Part shown: piece after piece, positions 28,464 to 38,925 of the stretch
How the letters are laid out: each line of letters begins with the position of its first letter
Position numbering within the stretch: position 1 is the first letter of the stretch
Origin: Pelagomonas calceolata
Lineage: Eukaryota
Length of the DNA stretch: 64,000 bases
Direction of reading: 5' to 3'
NCBI GenBank assembly: GCA_918797485.1
Contig: CAKKNE010000002.1
Span: 3,968,001 to 4,032,000, forward strand
Made by a program: the position numbers and the translations under genes
The notes under the pieces: model-generated
The model's input: the letters and a program-made list of their open reading frames with translations, nothing else
Databases searched by the model: none
What the model was told of the DNA's origin: nothing

Positions 28464-28991
28464 TCAGGCGGTCTCTTTGGTGCTCACCGGCACCTGGATG
28501 GTCGTGCCGGCCTCGCGGCCGGCGGGCACGACGAACTGGACGAATTGCCCGGCCGCCGCGACCGTGAGCGTCTGCCCCGGCACGGCGCCCGACGGGATCG
28601 TGACGCTGACGTGCGTCGGCAGGGGCTCGTCCGGCGCGCGCGCCCGCAGTATGAGGTGGCCCGCCACGGCGACGGCAAGCCCGGCGACAAGGGCGTTGAT
28701 GACGAAGTAATACCAGATCTCACCCCACCCGACCGTCGTACACGCAATCGCCACCCACACCGTCCAAGGCACGATGAACAAGACGTTCACGAGGGCGCAC
28801 GCGGTCACGGCGATCTTGCACTGGCCCCGCGCTTTGTGGCACCCCAAAGAGATACAGGACGCCCCGATTGATGCCGCGACTAAGACGATCGATCCGAAAA
28901 ATACTACGAGAAGCAGCCCGAAGTGCTCCGGAAATGCGAGGACCGGCTGGGCTGCCGCCGCGAGGAGGAGGATTCGTATGTGGCGCCCCAT
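28464..28991 (-). CDS. Small multi-TM membrane protein
   Basis: Signal peptide plus 3 hydrophobic helices; C-terminal VTIPSGAVPGQTLTV...VVPAG..GTTIQV beta motif. Confidence 0.65.
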   Translation of the reverse strand: MGRHIRILLLAAAAQPVLAFPEHFGLLLVVFFGSIVLVAASIGASCISLGCHKARGQCKIAVTACALVNVLFIVPWTVWVAIACTTVGWGEIWYYFVINALVAGLAVAVAGHLILRARAPDEPLPTHVSVTIPSGAVPGQTLTVAAAGQFVQFVVPAGREAGTTIQVPVSTKETA

Positions 28992-29247
28992 TGGGCAGCC
29001 TCGAGATCGTTGCTTTCAATCTCTTACGCCGTCGATGCCGCCGCGCCCCACAGAAACGGGCAGCCCTCTCGCAATCCAGAATCCAGATCTGGCGCTAGAT
29101 AAGCGCTCTAGAGACAGCGCGCAGCGCGGGCAGCGCGGCAGGGCGTGCGCGCGACAAGTCGTAGAAGCGCACGCGTTGACGCCACCGCCGCGACGACCCA
29201 CAAGAGAAGAGCGGGCAGCCCAGGCACCAGCAGCCACCAACCAAACC

Positions 29248-30456
29248 ATGGGCGGCGGCCCGAGCCGCGGCACGGGCCCCATCCACTGCGAGGAGGTCGC
29301 CGAGTTATTGGGGGAGCACTACTACGACGAGGCCTGGCGCGTCTTCGAGAAAGTCTCTTCGCACAGAAAGGACGCCCATGGCCAATTTATCGTGCCGTTC
29401 CACGAGGCGCCGAAGTTGGCAAGAGCTTTTGCCAATGATATGTTGGTGAGGTACGGGGACGACCCCCAGAAGCTGGTGCGGACGGCATCTTTATTTGCCG
29501 AATTGGCTTCTCCGCACGCCACTTTGCTCGGTGACGAGGTGAATCAGCCTGATACTCAGATGGCTAATGAATTCTTAATGATGGCCGAGCAACTCAGCTC
29601 GGGCTTCGAGCAGCACTCGCAAAATCTGAAAGATCGCGTCGCGTTCCTGAAGCGCATGGCGAAAGAGGAAGAGGACTACCAGATTCAGATGAGGTGGGAG
29701 GCCGACCAAGAGCGCCTCGAGAAAGAAGCGAAGGCGAAGGCGAAGTGGGACAAAGAAATCAAGAAGAAGGAGAAGGAGGAGATGCGGCTGGCTTCCATAC
29801 AAAGGCGCAAGGACCGCGAGGCCGGTATCAAGTCGACGCGGAAGAAGCTGCCGGAGCCGCCCGAGACCCTGGAAGCTGCCGAACGGTTAACCCAAGAAGC
29901 CATGGCCGCCGTCATGCGGGGCGACAAGTGTCCTGATCGTGCAGATAAAAAGCGCGAATTTGAGGACGCGGAGCGACGATATGGTCATGCTTTGAGGTTA
30001 TATGAGAAGCTTACCGGTAAAGATACGATGGAGACGGCCATCGCGTTGAATAGACTCGGGTGGCATTTGAAGGTGCGAGGGAAGTATTCTGCGGCTGATA
30101 CTTTATACCGACGGTCTCTGGCAATACGAGAAAAACATAAAGGGCCGCGGTCCATGGAGGTGTTGGTGGCGTTGTCGAACCTCGCGGAGAATTGTAGACA
30201 TCTGAAAAAACATACGGAGTCTGACTGTATCATGGCGCGCGTCGCGTTTTTGCGGACGCTCCACCACGTGAAGCCCGCCGCGCCCGACGGCGCATCGGCC
30301 AAAGTTCAGGGTCCAAAGGTCTGGCAGGTCTTCGAGGACGGCGCTTGGAAGGACGTTCCAGCGGAGGTTGCGCAGGCGCCCGCGCCGGCGCCGGCCGCGC
30401 CGGCGGAGGAGCTGCTGGGGGAGCTGCTGGCGGCGACGTCGACGACTTCTTCGTAA
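29248..30456 (+). CDS. TPR (kinesin-light-chain-type) repeat protein, possibly myristoylated
   Basis: MGGGPS start; TAIALNRLG...YRRSLAIREKHKGP...ALSNLA repeats. Confidence 0.8.
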   Translation: MGGGPSRGTGPIHCEEVAELLGEHYYDEAWRVFEKVSSHRKDAHGQFIVPFHEAPKLARAFANDMLVRYGDDPQKLVRTASLFAELASPHATLLGDEVNQPDTQMANEFLMMAEQLSSGFEQHSQNLKDRVAFLKRMAKEEEDYQIQMRWEADQERLEKEAKAKAKWDKEIKKKEKEEMRLASIQRRKDREAGIKSTRKKLPEPPETLEAAERLTQEAMAAVMRGDKCPDRADKKREFEDAERRYGHALRLYEKLTGKDTMETAIALNRLGWHLKVRGKYSAADTLYRRSLAIREKHKGPRSMEVLVALSNLAENCRHLKKHTESDCIMARVAFLRTLHHVKPAAPDGASAKVQGPKVWQVFEDGAWKDVPAEVAQAPAPAPAAPAEELLGELLAATSTTSS

Positions 30457-30790
30457 TGTTTTCTTGTGTGTCTTCTTGCTACTGTCTCGTCCCTATGCAT
30501 ATGCATCGCGATCCTATCTACAGGTATGATCCTATCCCTGAAAACCCGTTTTGATATCGGCACGACGATCGACGCGCGCGCGTACTGTGCTCCCCAACTT
30601 CATCGACCTCTATGTCCAGATGCTCGACCAACTTCTTTCGCAGCAGCGCGCCCAGTATGATAGAATCCGGGAGAGGATCCCGGAACTCCGTCGCCGCGCA
30701 CCGAGGCCGTACCCGGACGTGTCGGACTCTGATTGATGCTTCCGACGGCAACGAGCATGGAACCTAAAACAATTATCGTTCTTACACACT

Positions 30791-31351
30791 CTAGTCTCCC
30801 GACCCACCATCGGGCAGCGCCGCACACAGCGCGTCGAAGTCCTCCAAAACTTCCGACAACGCGGCGCACGCCAAACTTCCATCCATGACCCCTCTATAGA
30901 TGGCCACGAAGTCGTCGCAGGCCAGCGTCTCCCGGCCTTTCAACATCCCAAAAGTCTCGGCGAAGGTCGGCTCGGCGCCCGTCAATGATTTGAGCAATGA
31001 TCGCAATTGCGGCGCGCCGACGCCGCGTTTCCCTTGTTTATGTGCCCGCTTCTCCTCATCAAAAAAGGCCCGTCGCACGGCCATATCATCATCATTTCGA
31101 ACACCTTCCACAAAACACGTGCCCACGGCCGCGTCGGAACTTCTACGGGCCTGCGCCATCTCGGACGCGGCGGCCCTTTGGTCGTCCAATTCGCGCGCCG
31201 CCTTCGTTACAATATTCGATTCCAGCGCGATGACATCGTTCGCCAATTCTTGCCGTTGCTTCTTCAGCTTCTCGCGCAGCACGTTCTGGCGCAGCTTTGG
31301 TTTTGCTTTGGCCAATGGTTTCCTCGGGTTCTCCTTCTGGAGGGCGGACAT
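30791..31351 (-). CDS. Hypothetical protein with coiled coil and degenerate EF-hand-like C-terminus
   Basis: ORF from ATG 31351; VRRAFF...LRSLLKSL...LACDDFVAI. Confidence 0.6.
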   Translation of the reverse strand: MSALQKENPRKPLAKAKPKLRQNVLREKLKKQRQELANDVIALESNIVTKAARELDDQRAAASEMAQARRSSDAAVGTCFVEGVRNDDDMAVRRAFFDEEKRAHKQGKRGVGAPQLRSLLKSLTGAEPTFAETFGMLKGRETLACDDFVAIYRGVMDGSLACAALSEVLEDFDALCAALPDGGSGD

Positions 31352-31469
31352 GGTGCGCGGCCGCGGCGACTGCGTCGGGGCTGCCCCGGGTCCCACACTG
31401 TCGATTGCTTGCGTGTTGATGACAGGAGGACGTACCAAATGAGTTCCAACAACTTTTTGCCCGTCGTTG

Positions 31470-31490
31470 CTAGTGTCTTACTTTCGCTAG
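31470..31490 (-). promoter_or_regulatory. CTAG-box promoter element copy
   Basis: Reverse complement CTAGCG AAAGTAAGA CACTAG between divergent ATGs 31351 and 31567. Confidence 0.7.
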
Positions 31491-31566
31491 CTAATTATTT
31501 TGGCGGCTTACTAAGGCCAGCATAAGGCGCCCAACTGCACGCCAGCGCTGCATCGACGCTCCTTGC

Positions 31567-32574
31567 ATGCACAAACACCTGCTCGCCATGGCCGCTGCTG
31601 TGCAAGCTAGGGCCTACCACATCGGCGCGCCCGGCAGCAAGTGGGGCCCGGCCGAGCTGTCGCAGTGGCGCGCCGAACACATCAAGTCGAGACCCTACGA
31701 CGACGACGTCGTCAAGGTGCTGGATTCCTTAAGGGATGAGTACGACGTCATCGAATATGGTACATTAACCTACGACGGCGTCTCCCACAAGCTCTACGCC
31801 GCGAGAAGCAAGGACTGGAACAACCGACCGAAGGTGCTCGTGACGGGCGGCGTTCATGGGTATGAGACGTCGGGTGTGCATGGTGCTTTACGACTGCTAC
31901 AGACCAAATGCAAGGACTACGCTGAGAGAGGCTTAGATATACTGGTAGCCCCATGCGTCTCGCCCTGGGGCTACGAGCATATTCAGAGATGGAATTATGA
32001 TGCCGTGGATCCTAATAGATCATTCAAACGGAATGACCCGGATGCTTGCGGCTCGCAGGAAGCGAGGGCGCTAGTAAACTTGGTCAGAAATCATGGCAGT
32101 GACGGCTGGGCCTGCCACATCGACCTGCACGAGACGACGGACACGGACGAGTCCGAGTTCCAGCCGGCCAAGGCCGCGCGCGACGGTGACGTTTATGAGG
32201 AGGGCACCATCCCGGACGGCTTTTACTTGTGTGGAGATGAGAAGAATCCTCGCTTGGAGTTCCAACGAGCCGTTATTAAAGGTGTGTCTGACGTAACGCA
32301 CATCGCGCCGGCGGACCCCGACGGCACCATCATCGGCTCTAAGGTAGTAGCCGACGGCGTGATCCTCTACGACTACACGGCATTGGGTCTCTGCGGCGGC
32401 GTGACCGACGCGCCGCTCACGACCACCACCGAAGTGTACCCCGACTCGGCGAAGGCGACGGCCGAGGAGTGCAACAAGGCGCAGGTCGAGTCCGTGCTCA
32501 GCGCTTTAGACTTTCTGCTCGCGGAGCGGTCCTGGGGGCCGGCTGTTAAAGCGCTCGGCGGGGGGATGCCATAG
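31567..32574 (+). CDS. M14 metallocarboxypeptidase / succinylglutamate desuccinylase-aspartoacylase family
   Basis: TGGVHGYE (HxxE), DPNRSF, HIDLHE, TTTEVYPD. Confidence 0.88.
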   Translation: MHKHLLAMAAAVQARAYHIGAPGSKWGPAELSQWRAEHIKSRPYDDDVVKVLDSLRDEYDVIEYGTLTYDGVSHKLYAARSKDWNNRPKVLVTGGVHGYETSGVHGALRLLQTKCKDYAERGLDILVAPCVSPWGYEHIQRWNYDAVDPNRSFKRNDPDACGSQEARALVNLVRNHGSDGWACHIDLHETTDTDESEFQPAKAARDGDVYEEGTIPDGFYLCGDEKNPRLEFQRAVIKGVSDVTHIAPADPDGTIIGSKVVADGVILYDYTALGLCGGVTDAPLTTTTEVYPDSAKATAEECNKAQVESVLSALDFLLAERSWGPAVKALGGGMP

Positions 32575-32860
32575 TGTAATTGTATTATATTTCTGTGACT
32601 CGGTGTGCGTCGACGACGCCGTGTCGATGGCGTGTTTTTTTCGTTTCTAGTATGTATGTTGATACGCTAGCTTCCAAAAGTCGGCGCGTCGGCCCGCGGC
32701 ATTAATTGGCTGCACAAACACCTTCAGATCGGATCGCGGCAGGGGCCACACATTGCTGCGTTTGCTGTGTGCGGTATCAGTAATTGGCTGGTGGCAGATA
32801 GTCTTCCTGTGCCCACAAAAAAGGTGTATGCCCAGGGAGCGCTCCCCACCAGCAAACAAG

Positions 32861-33859
32861 ATGACATCATCGGACAGAGCGAACCTGCTGGACAAAGACG
32901 AGGAAATAGCGACGCCGGCGAAAAAACCAACAATCACGACGAAGAAGCTAGCATTATCAATAGGCGGCGTCTTCGTGCTCTACGTTTTACATGATGCATT
33001 ACAAGAACGGGCCTTCCGCCAGCCGGGCTTTAGATTTGGCTGGTTCATGACGTTGATAGAAATAGTGGTCGTTTCTACATGCGCATTTATGTTCGAGTGG
33101 GGCGCGCCGCCAGATCCCACGGTAGTGTCGGAAGAGTCCATGCGCACGATTAGGATGTGTGTTGGTGGTTTAGCGCTGTGTCTAGCCACCTCACAAGGCA
33201 CGGGCAGCGCCGCGTTGAATTATGTGCACTACCCCGTGAAGGTCGCCTTCAAGTCCTCGAAGCTCGTGCCAACCATGATCTTCGGCATACTGCTGACGCG
33301 GAAGACCTTTTCATTCCTCGAATACGGGGCGGCCTTGCTCATGTGCTGCTCGTTAGCGGGTTTGTCGTTGGCCGATAGACGGGCGTCTTCTGATGAAGAG
33401 GCCGAGAATTTGCCCCTTGGTGTCATGTTGCTGATGACGGCGGTGTTTGCGGACGCTTTAGTACCGAACCTCCAGGAGAAGTGCCTCAAAGAACTCAAAT
33501 ATCCGGTGGGGCGGATGATCGTTTATTCTAATGCCGGGTGTGCCGCGTTGGTGTTGCTCTACTGCTCGGCGACCGGTGAATTAACAATGGCTTTGAAGTG
33601 GTGCGCCTCCAATACGGAGGGCAGCGCGTTTCTGTTCTTACAGGCCTGTACGTCTTATATGGGGTTAAGGTGCTACCTGGTCGTGGTCAAGGAGCTTTCT
33701 GGTGTGGCGGGCGTCGTCACGACTTCATTAAGGAAGGTCGTGACGTTGATTTTGTCCTTTTTATTATTCGAGAAGCCCTTTACCCAAGGCCACGCCTGGT
33801 CCTTCGCCGTGCTGTTCGCGGGCGTCGGTCTGGCCACGTACGCGAGGCAGGTAAAGTAG
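32861..33859 (+). CDS. SLC35B/UAA-family nucleotide-sugar or PAPS transporter
   Basis: ALNYVHYPVKVAFKSSKLVPTM, DAL.PNLQEK, VTTSLRKVVTLILSFLLF; multiple TM helices. Confidence 0.88.
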   Translation: MTSSDRANLLDKDEEIATPAKKPTITTKKLALSIGGVFVLYVLHDALQERAFRQPGFRFGWFMTLIEIVVVSTCAFMFEWGAPPDPTVVSEESMRTIRMCVGGLALCLATSQGTGSAALNYVHYPVKVAFKSSKLVPTMIFGILLTRKTFSFLEYGAALLMCCSLAGLSLADRRASSDEEAENLPLGVMLLMTAVFADALVPNLQEKCLKELKYPVGRMIVYSNAGCAALVLLYCSATGELTMALKWCASNTEGSAFLFLQACTSYMGLRCYLVVVKELSGVAGVVTTSLRKVVTLILSFLLFEKPFTQGHAWSFAVLFAGVGLATYARQVK

Positions 33860-33871
33860 TTTTGTATATAC

Positions 33872-34597
33872 TTAGGGGTCGTAGGCTTCCTTGCGCGCCG
33901 CGCCGGCGTCGAGCGCATCCGTCCGCGTCATGGGCCCGACCGGCGGCAGCTGCGCACACATGTGTTCTAGAGTGTCGGCCGTCGCGTCGTACTTCTGGGC
34001 CTCGGCGTAGTTGAGGTGGGGTCTAATTTCTAGAACGGTCTCGGCGCCCTGGACGCCGACGACGGTCGGGATCGAGAGGAAGCACTCGCGCGTCGGGTCC
34101 TTGACCGAGACTGGTAGCACTGCTTTTCTATCGAAGAGGATCGCGTCGACCTGTGCGCAAATCAACCGGTGAGTCGAGAAGCGCCGAAATTTGACTTGTG
34201 CACTGGGCGTCGGACGATCGTCGCCGTCGCGTTGGCCACGCCGTAGGCCGTGTACTTCTTGCGGTTGATGATCTCGTAGGCCTTGTGGCCGACATCATAT
34301 TCCAGCTTCTCGAGGTTGATCGCCTTGACGCCCGGGAACTCGAGCAAGGGTCGCCCGCCGATGTTGCCCACGGAGTAGGCCGAGAACTGGCTGTCGCCGT
34401 GCTCTCCTAAGACATTGACGTGGACGTCCGACGCGTGCACGCCTAGCCGGTGCCCGAGCTCCACGCGCAACCGCATCGTATCTAGGACCGTGCCCGAGCC
34501 GAAAATTGCGCCCTCCGGCAGATCCGGGAGCAGCTTAGCGCGCGCCGCGCAGCCTGAGGCGGCGGCTCGCGGCCTGGAGAAGGCGTCGCGTGGCCAT
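33872..34597 (-). pseudogene. L-lactate dehydrogenase-like gene lacking the NAD-binding domain, with an out-of-frame leader and one intron (34151-34215)
   Basis: GSGTVLDTMR, VLGEHGDSQ, AYEIINRKKYTAYGVA, spliced TATI|VDAIL, LSIPTVVG are present; no GxGxxG domain; the ATG 34597 leader stops at 34535 in another frame. Confidence 0.7.
34151..34215 (-). mobile_element. Short introner-like intron (65 nt) with decayed TIRs and TSD
   Basis: GT..AG intron restores the LDH frame; TIRs at 34151-34165 and 34191-34205 match 12/15; TSD GTCGACGC vs GTC(C)GACGC. Confidence 0.7.
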
Positions 34598-34820
34598 GGT
34601 CTTGTAGTCTGCGGTCTTGTCGTATGCAGTACGCGGAGCGGCGCTCAAAACAAGACCAGTTTTAGATGGCTGGCCAGGAGGAAAATAATCTGCTAAGTGT
34701 GGTCTGAGGGCCGCGTCCAATTCGCGAAGCTCAGCGGACACGAGGCGCCAAACGAAGAGGAATGCTACTTCAAACGCCCCAAACACGAGCGCTTTGATGG
34801 CTTGGTGGTAGGGAACCGAG

Positions 34821-34842
34821 CTAGCGGCCTGTAAGACACTAG
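34821..34842 (+). promoter_or_regulatory. CTAG-box promoter element copy
   Basis: CTAGCG GCCTGTAAGA CACTAG (identical to 9321) between divergent ATGs 34597 and 35027. Confidence 0.7.
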
Positions 34843-35026
34843 CAAACCAGGCGCCGTCGTCGATCGTGCTGCGAACGAGCGCTAAACATATAGCAGTGCC
34901 AAAAGAATAGCCCATTTGTCACGCCGACGAAGCGAGATCATCTGCTCACGAAGAGAGTGCAAGCGCACGGGCGGCTGCACCTATCAAGCCTCAGCCAGCA
35001 GCAAATCCGAAAATCGACGCGGAGTT

Positions 35027-38000
35027 ATGGAGCTGCGCCTCGGTAGCACGGTCCAGCTCACCGATCTCACGGGCATTAAGGTCGACGGCGAACCGCCGGC
35101 CGGCGCCGTGCGCGGCACCGTCACGCGACTCGACGGCGACACGGTCGAGGCCGCCGCGACGTGGGGCTCCTTCACCTGTAAGCGAGCAGCGATCACAAAA
35201 CATTCCGCAGGCCCGCCCGGGACCTGTGTATTATTCTCAGGAAATAGGACGGGCACGTTACTCGGCTGGCGCGACGGCGCGCATCTCGTGAGGGAGGGCG
35301 CCGCGGACGTTGAAGTGGCGACGGAGTCCGTTCAAAAGACGGTCCCGGCGGCTCAACATTTACGAGTGCGCACGCTGTTCGGCGACGGCGTCGCTTCCAC
35401 TGTAGACGCGTCGGCCACTACTGTACTACTAGACTGGGGCGCTTCACTAAAGGCGCCGCACTCAACGAACACAGTGCGCTGCCCGGCGGCGGCCGCGCTG
35501 CCCGTCGTGCGCTGCGTCGCCCAATCGACTCAAACCATGGTCGCGCGGTCGCTCGACACGCTCAAGTCGTTGACGGCCAAGGTCTCCGCAGATACAAGAC
35601 AGCGGTTAAGCGACCAACTAGGAGACGTCGACGGCGCCCTCGACTCGATAGAAACGCAGCTCACCGATACACAATCGATAAAGGCCCTGGCGGCGTCGAC
35701 GATGACCGACGACCTGCAGCAGCGGGCGTCGACGGCTTTTGTGGGAGGCGACGTTACTGAGCTGACGTCCGTCGCATCGGCCACCGCCGAAAAGCTCCGC
35801 GAGGCGTCGCAGATCGACTCTGTGATCGAGGAGACGTCGCACGAATTGAGCACAGTCGTCGAGGAGATCACTCCCATGGTTAAGGAAGCCGAGAAAGCGT
35901 CGGAGCAGGTCTCGCAAGTCGCGTACGAAGTAAGCAATGCGGCGTCGCAGTCCAAGGCCGCCCTCAAGCTGAGCGAAGAGACCGCAAAGTTGACAGACGG
36001 GTTTTCTACGGAGTCTAGTGAAGGCGCGCTAGGTGCGCTGCAAAAAACGAAAATAGACGACGCGACGGTGCGACAGAAGGCTTCCGAGGTGGCCACGAAA
36101 GTGTTAGCCTCGAAGCTCTTAGATGGGGCCCTCTTCGAGAGCGCTTTTTCAGACGCGCTGTCCAGTGCAAAGAACACTGACATAAGATCAGTCGTCGCTC
36201 CAGTCGCCAAGGCCTGCGCGGACTTCGCCAAGGCCTGGCTCGACGAGGCCTCGCAAGTCGGGTTTTCGAAGCTGCCTCCTGAAGTGGCTGTGCGTGCGCT
36301 CGAGGACGGCATCACTAGTGCCGCGGATGCCGCTTTAGTTTCTGAGAATGATCTGGCTAGAAGGGGTCTGCTGGAGGTCGCCGTCGCGTCGGACTGCTTC
36401 GACGGGTTACTTACCAAAGCTACGTTGTCTGATTCTGACGATCTCACGAAACGAGCAGCGAGATATGCGTTAAATTGTGCTGAGACCACGGAACTGCTCG
36501 GTGATGCGGCGCCCGTGCTACGAAAGGCTCTAGAGAATATTTCTGATAGTGGCGACGTCGCGGACGCGGTGCGAAGTGCTCTTGATGGAGATTTAGTAGT
36601 AGACGGCGTCGGCCAACTCGGGAAGATCGGCGCTTCTGCTTTGGATGCCTTGAAGACCTTAAATAGAGACGAACGAGTCTTATACTTCGCGCGCATGGCT
36701 GCGGACGATGAGGCTGTCTCAGGAGTCCTCGAGACGATCCAGACCCTCGACGCTGAAAGTGCGGTCAAGGAAGCGGAGCATCTAGCGCAGGACGCCCAGG
36801 CGCGAGAGGTGTTCATAAAACGTGTGAATGACGCGGCGCTGGCGTTCCTGCTGCGACACTTACCGGCGATGCCCGTTCCCGACGTCGAAGAAGAAAATGA
36901 TAACTTAAGGTACAAGGTGGCCAACTTAAATTTGTCCAACCTCGTGATTAAGGAGGAAAATGTCGTTGTCGAGGTGGCCACGGGTAGCTCGTCCAAGGTG
37001 AATCTCAAGGGTTCCGAGGAAGTGGAACCGGACCCGACGTCGTTGTTTGCCCTCAAGGCCACTAGAATCCAAGCGCGCTTCGAGGATCTGCAGTGGGCCG
37101 TCACGCAGAAGTCCTTTCCTTATCTGGAGGCGGAGGGTAGGGCCGATGTCATTGTCGAGGATGCGCAAGTGTCGTTGGCGCTATGTGTGCGACGGGCGCC
37201 CGGTGTCACTGGTGGCCTGGAGCCCAAGGTAGCTCTGACAAGGTGCGACGTGAAAATAGCGTCTCTCGACTTAACGATGGAGGAGCACGGCCTGAGCTGG
37301 GTCTTCAATGCCTTGGCAGCACTCTTAACCGACTACGTCCGCGACTACGTGTGTGAGTCGTTGCAGGACTTACTTAAAGATCGAAGTCAATATCTGTTGG
37401 AGCCGGTCAACTCATTGCTAGCGACGTCGTGGGCGCCCCTGTCGCGAGCCTTGCATTTGCCGGATGTGGCCGACCTGCCTCCGTTAGATGAAGATCATGA
37501 ATCAGAGGACACGATCGATATTGTGCTTCGCGCTCCCGGGGCTCTTGGCGTGGAATTGCAGGAGCGGGTCAAGGAGGGCCAGTCATCCTTAGTTATTGCT
37601 GGCTTAGAGCCGCAAGGCCAGGCCAAGCCGGCGGTGGCGCAGCTGGGCTTATCTATTGATGATGTGAAGGACGCGGTGTTGGTAGCCGTCGACGGCGCGC
37701 AGTGCGCGGGGCGAGATCGCGACGACATCGTGCGGCGGGTGACGCACGAGCGGCGACCGCGGACGCTACGGTTCCGGTTGCGAGGCCAAGCGGCTCTTAG
37801 AAGACGCGCTGTTTCACGAGCTCGCGTAGACACGTTGGAACTGTTTCCTGCTGGAGAACCCCGAGATTTAGAGCCGTTAGGACTGCGCCTGAAGACGCAT
37901 CCGACGATACGGCGGGCGTGTGCTATTGCAGCTTTAGTGCGAGGTACAAATGATGAGGTACTGGCGGCAGAAAAAGCGGGCGTCGTCCGAGGCGCGTTAC

Positions 38001-38374
38001 TGTGCGCCTGCACGGGGCGGCCGCGCCTCTGGACGAGTGAGGGAGACGCCACGCCCCAGGACGTCGGTTCTGATGTGTTGGAGGCCGCGAAGGAGGCGGC
38101 GTCGAAGGGCGAGGCCTTTTCCGTGACGCTCGCGCCGGCGCCGGACCGGCAGCTCAACCCGAACGGCGGCTTTCCCTTGGCCGTGGAGGACGGGCTCTTC
38201 TACGCGCGGCCGGGGTCGCAGCTTATTAGTGTGGATGGCGCGATCATACTACCGCGCGCGCCGGAGAATTTAGTCAAGGACCGGCTGGCCGTCGCCGAGC
38301 GGTGCGTCGTGCGGGACGCGTATCGGTACGAATATCTGCAGGCGCTCTTCGAGAAGCGCGGAGATTGGCTCTAG
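35027..38374 (+). CDS. Large protein with helical region, BPI/TULIP-like lipid-binding domain and PDZ-like segments
   Basis: LRHLPAMPVPDVE...YKVANLNLSNL...W.VTQKSFPYL..EGRADV...SWVFNAL; APGALGVEL and LGLRL PDZ-like starts. Confidence 0.7.
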   Translation: MELRLGSTVQLTDLTGIKVDGEPPAGAVRGTVTRLDGDTVEAAATWGSFTCKRAAITKHSAGPPGTCVLFSGNRTGTLLGWRDGAHLVREGAADVEVATESVQKTVPAAQHLRVRTLFGDGVASTVDASATTVLLDWGASLKAPHSTNTVRCPAAAALPVVRCVAQSTQTMVARSLDTLKSLTAKVSADTRQRLSDQLGDVDGALDSIETQLTDTQSIKALAASTMTDDLQQRASTAFVGGDVTELTSVASATAEKLREASQIDSVIEETSHELSTVVEEITPMVKEAEKASEQVSQVAYEVSNAASQSKAALKLSEETAKLTDGFSTESSEGALGALQKTKIDDATVRQKASEVATKVLASKLLDGALFESAFSDALSSAKNTDIRSVVAPVAKACADFAKAWLDEASQVGFSKLPPEVAVRALEDGITSAADAALVSENDLARRGLLEVAVASDCFDGLLTKATLSDSDDLTKRAARYALNCAETTELLGDAAPVLRKALENISDSGDVADAVRSALDGDLVVDGVGQLGKIGASALDALKTLNRDERVLYFARMAADDEAVSGVLETIQTLDAESAVKEAEHLAQDAQAREVFIKRVNDAALAFLLRHLPAMPVPDVEEENDNLRYKVANLNLSNLVIKEENVVVEVATGSSSKVNLKGSEEVEPDPTSLFALKATRIQARFEDLQWAVTQKSFPYLEAEGRADVIVEDAQVSLALCVRRAPGVTGGLEPKVALTRCDVKIASLDLTMEEHGLSWVFNALAALLTDYVRDYVCESLQDLLKDRSQYLLEPVNSLLATSWAPLSRALHLPDVADLPPLDEDHESEDTIDIVLRAPGALGVELQERVKEGQSSLVIAGLEPQGQAKPAVAQLGLSIDDVKDAVLVAVDGAQCAGRDRDDIVRRVTHERRPRTLRFRLRGQAALRRRAVSRARVDTLELFPAGEPRDLEPLGLRLKTHPTIRRACAIAALVRGTNDEVLAAEKAGVVRGALLCACTGRPRLWTSEGDATPQDVGSDVLEAAKEAASKGEAFSVTLAPAPDRQLNPNGGFPLAVEDGLFYARPGSQLISVDGAIILPRAPENLVKDRLAVAERCVVRDAYRYEYLQALFEKRGDWL

Positions 38375-38424
38375 TGTAAAATGTGTGTTAGTCAGCAAGT
38401 GGGATCGCGTGGTCCACGCGATAA

Positions 38425-38925
38425 TCAGAGGTTGCGCAGCATGACGTCGGACTTGAACGTCTCGCCCGCCGCCGTCGTGTCCTTCTTGACTCCTTCCAAA
38501 TCCCATCCTTTAATGCCGAGCTGCTGCGCGAGCTGGACGCGGCCGCAGACGTTGGCGCAGCAGGCCGTCGAGACTAATACTTCGGCGTAGTTCTGCTTGT
38601 TGAAGTCCTTGCGGTCGGGAATGTCGTAGCAGCACGAACCACAGAGGAAGAGGTAGTTGAACGGCGGGATCGGGACGACGAACGCTAATGGCACGCCAAG
38701 CGCACAAATACACGACGAGCAGCAGTTCCTACCCTGCGCTTTGCTGATCTGGCCCTGCAAGATGCACGGACACAAGATCGAGAAGGCGGCCAAGCCGGGA
38801 TCGGCGCAGAAGTCCGTGCAGAGCTTCTTGCTGTAGTGGCCGTTCTCGTTGACCTCCTTGAAGATGCCGCAGCAGCTCGCCTTGCAGTCCGTGACGCAGG
38901 CCTTGCAGGTGTTGTCGCCGCCCAT
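38425..38925 (-). CDS. PLAC8-family Cys-rich protein
   Basis: DFCADPG...LCPCILQGQI...STACCANVC..VQL. Confidence 0.75.
   Translation of the reverse strand: MGGDNTCKACVTDCKASCCGIFKEVNENGHYSKKLCTDFCADPGLAAFSILCPCILQGQISKAQGRNCCSSCICALGVPLAFVVPIPPFNYLFLCGSCCYDIPDRKDFNKQNYAEVLVSTACCANVCGRVQLAQQLGIKGWDLEGVKKDTTAAGETFKSDVMLRNL

Noticed and set aside
30456..30736. Short coding-looking segment after the TPR gene (…LYVQMLDQLL…)
   Set aside because: No clean ATG-to-stop frame or recognisable family; it may be 3'UTR or a remnant
35530..37104. 524-aa Ser-rich minus-strand ORF
   Set aside because: Antisense mirror of the 35027-38374 gene
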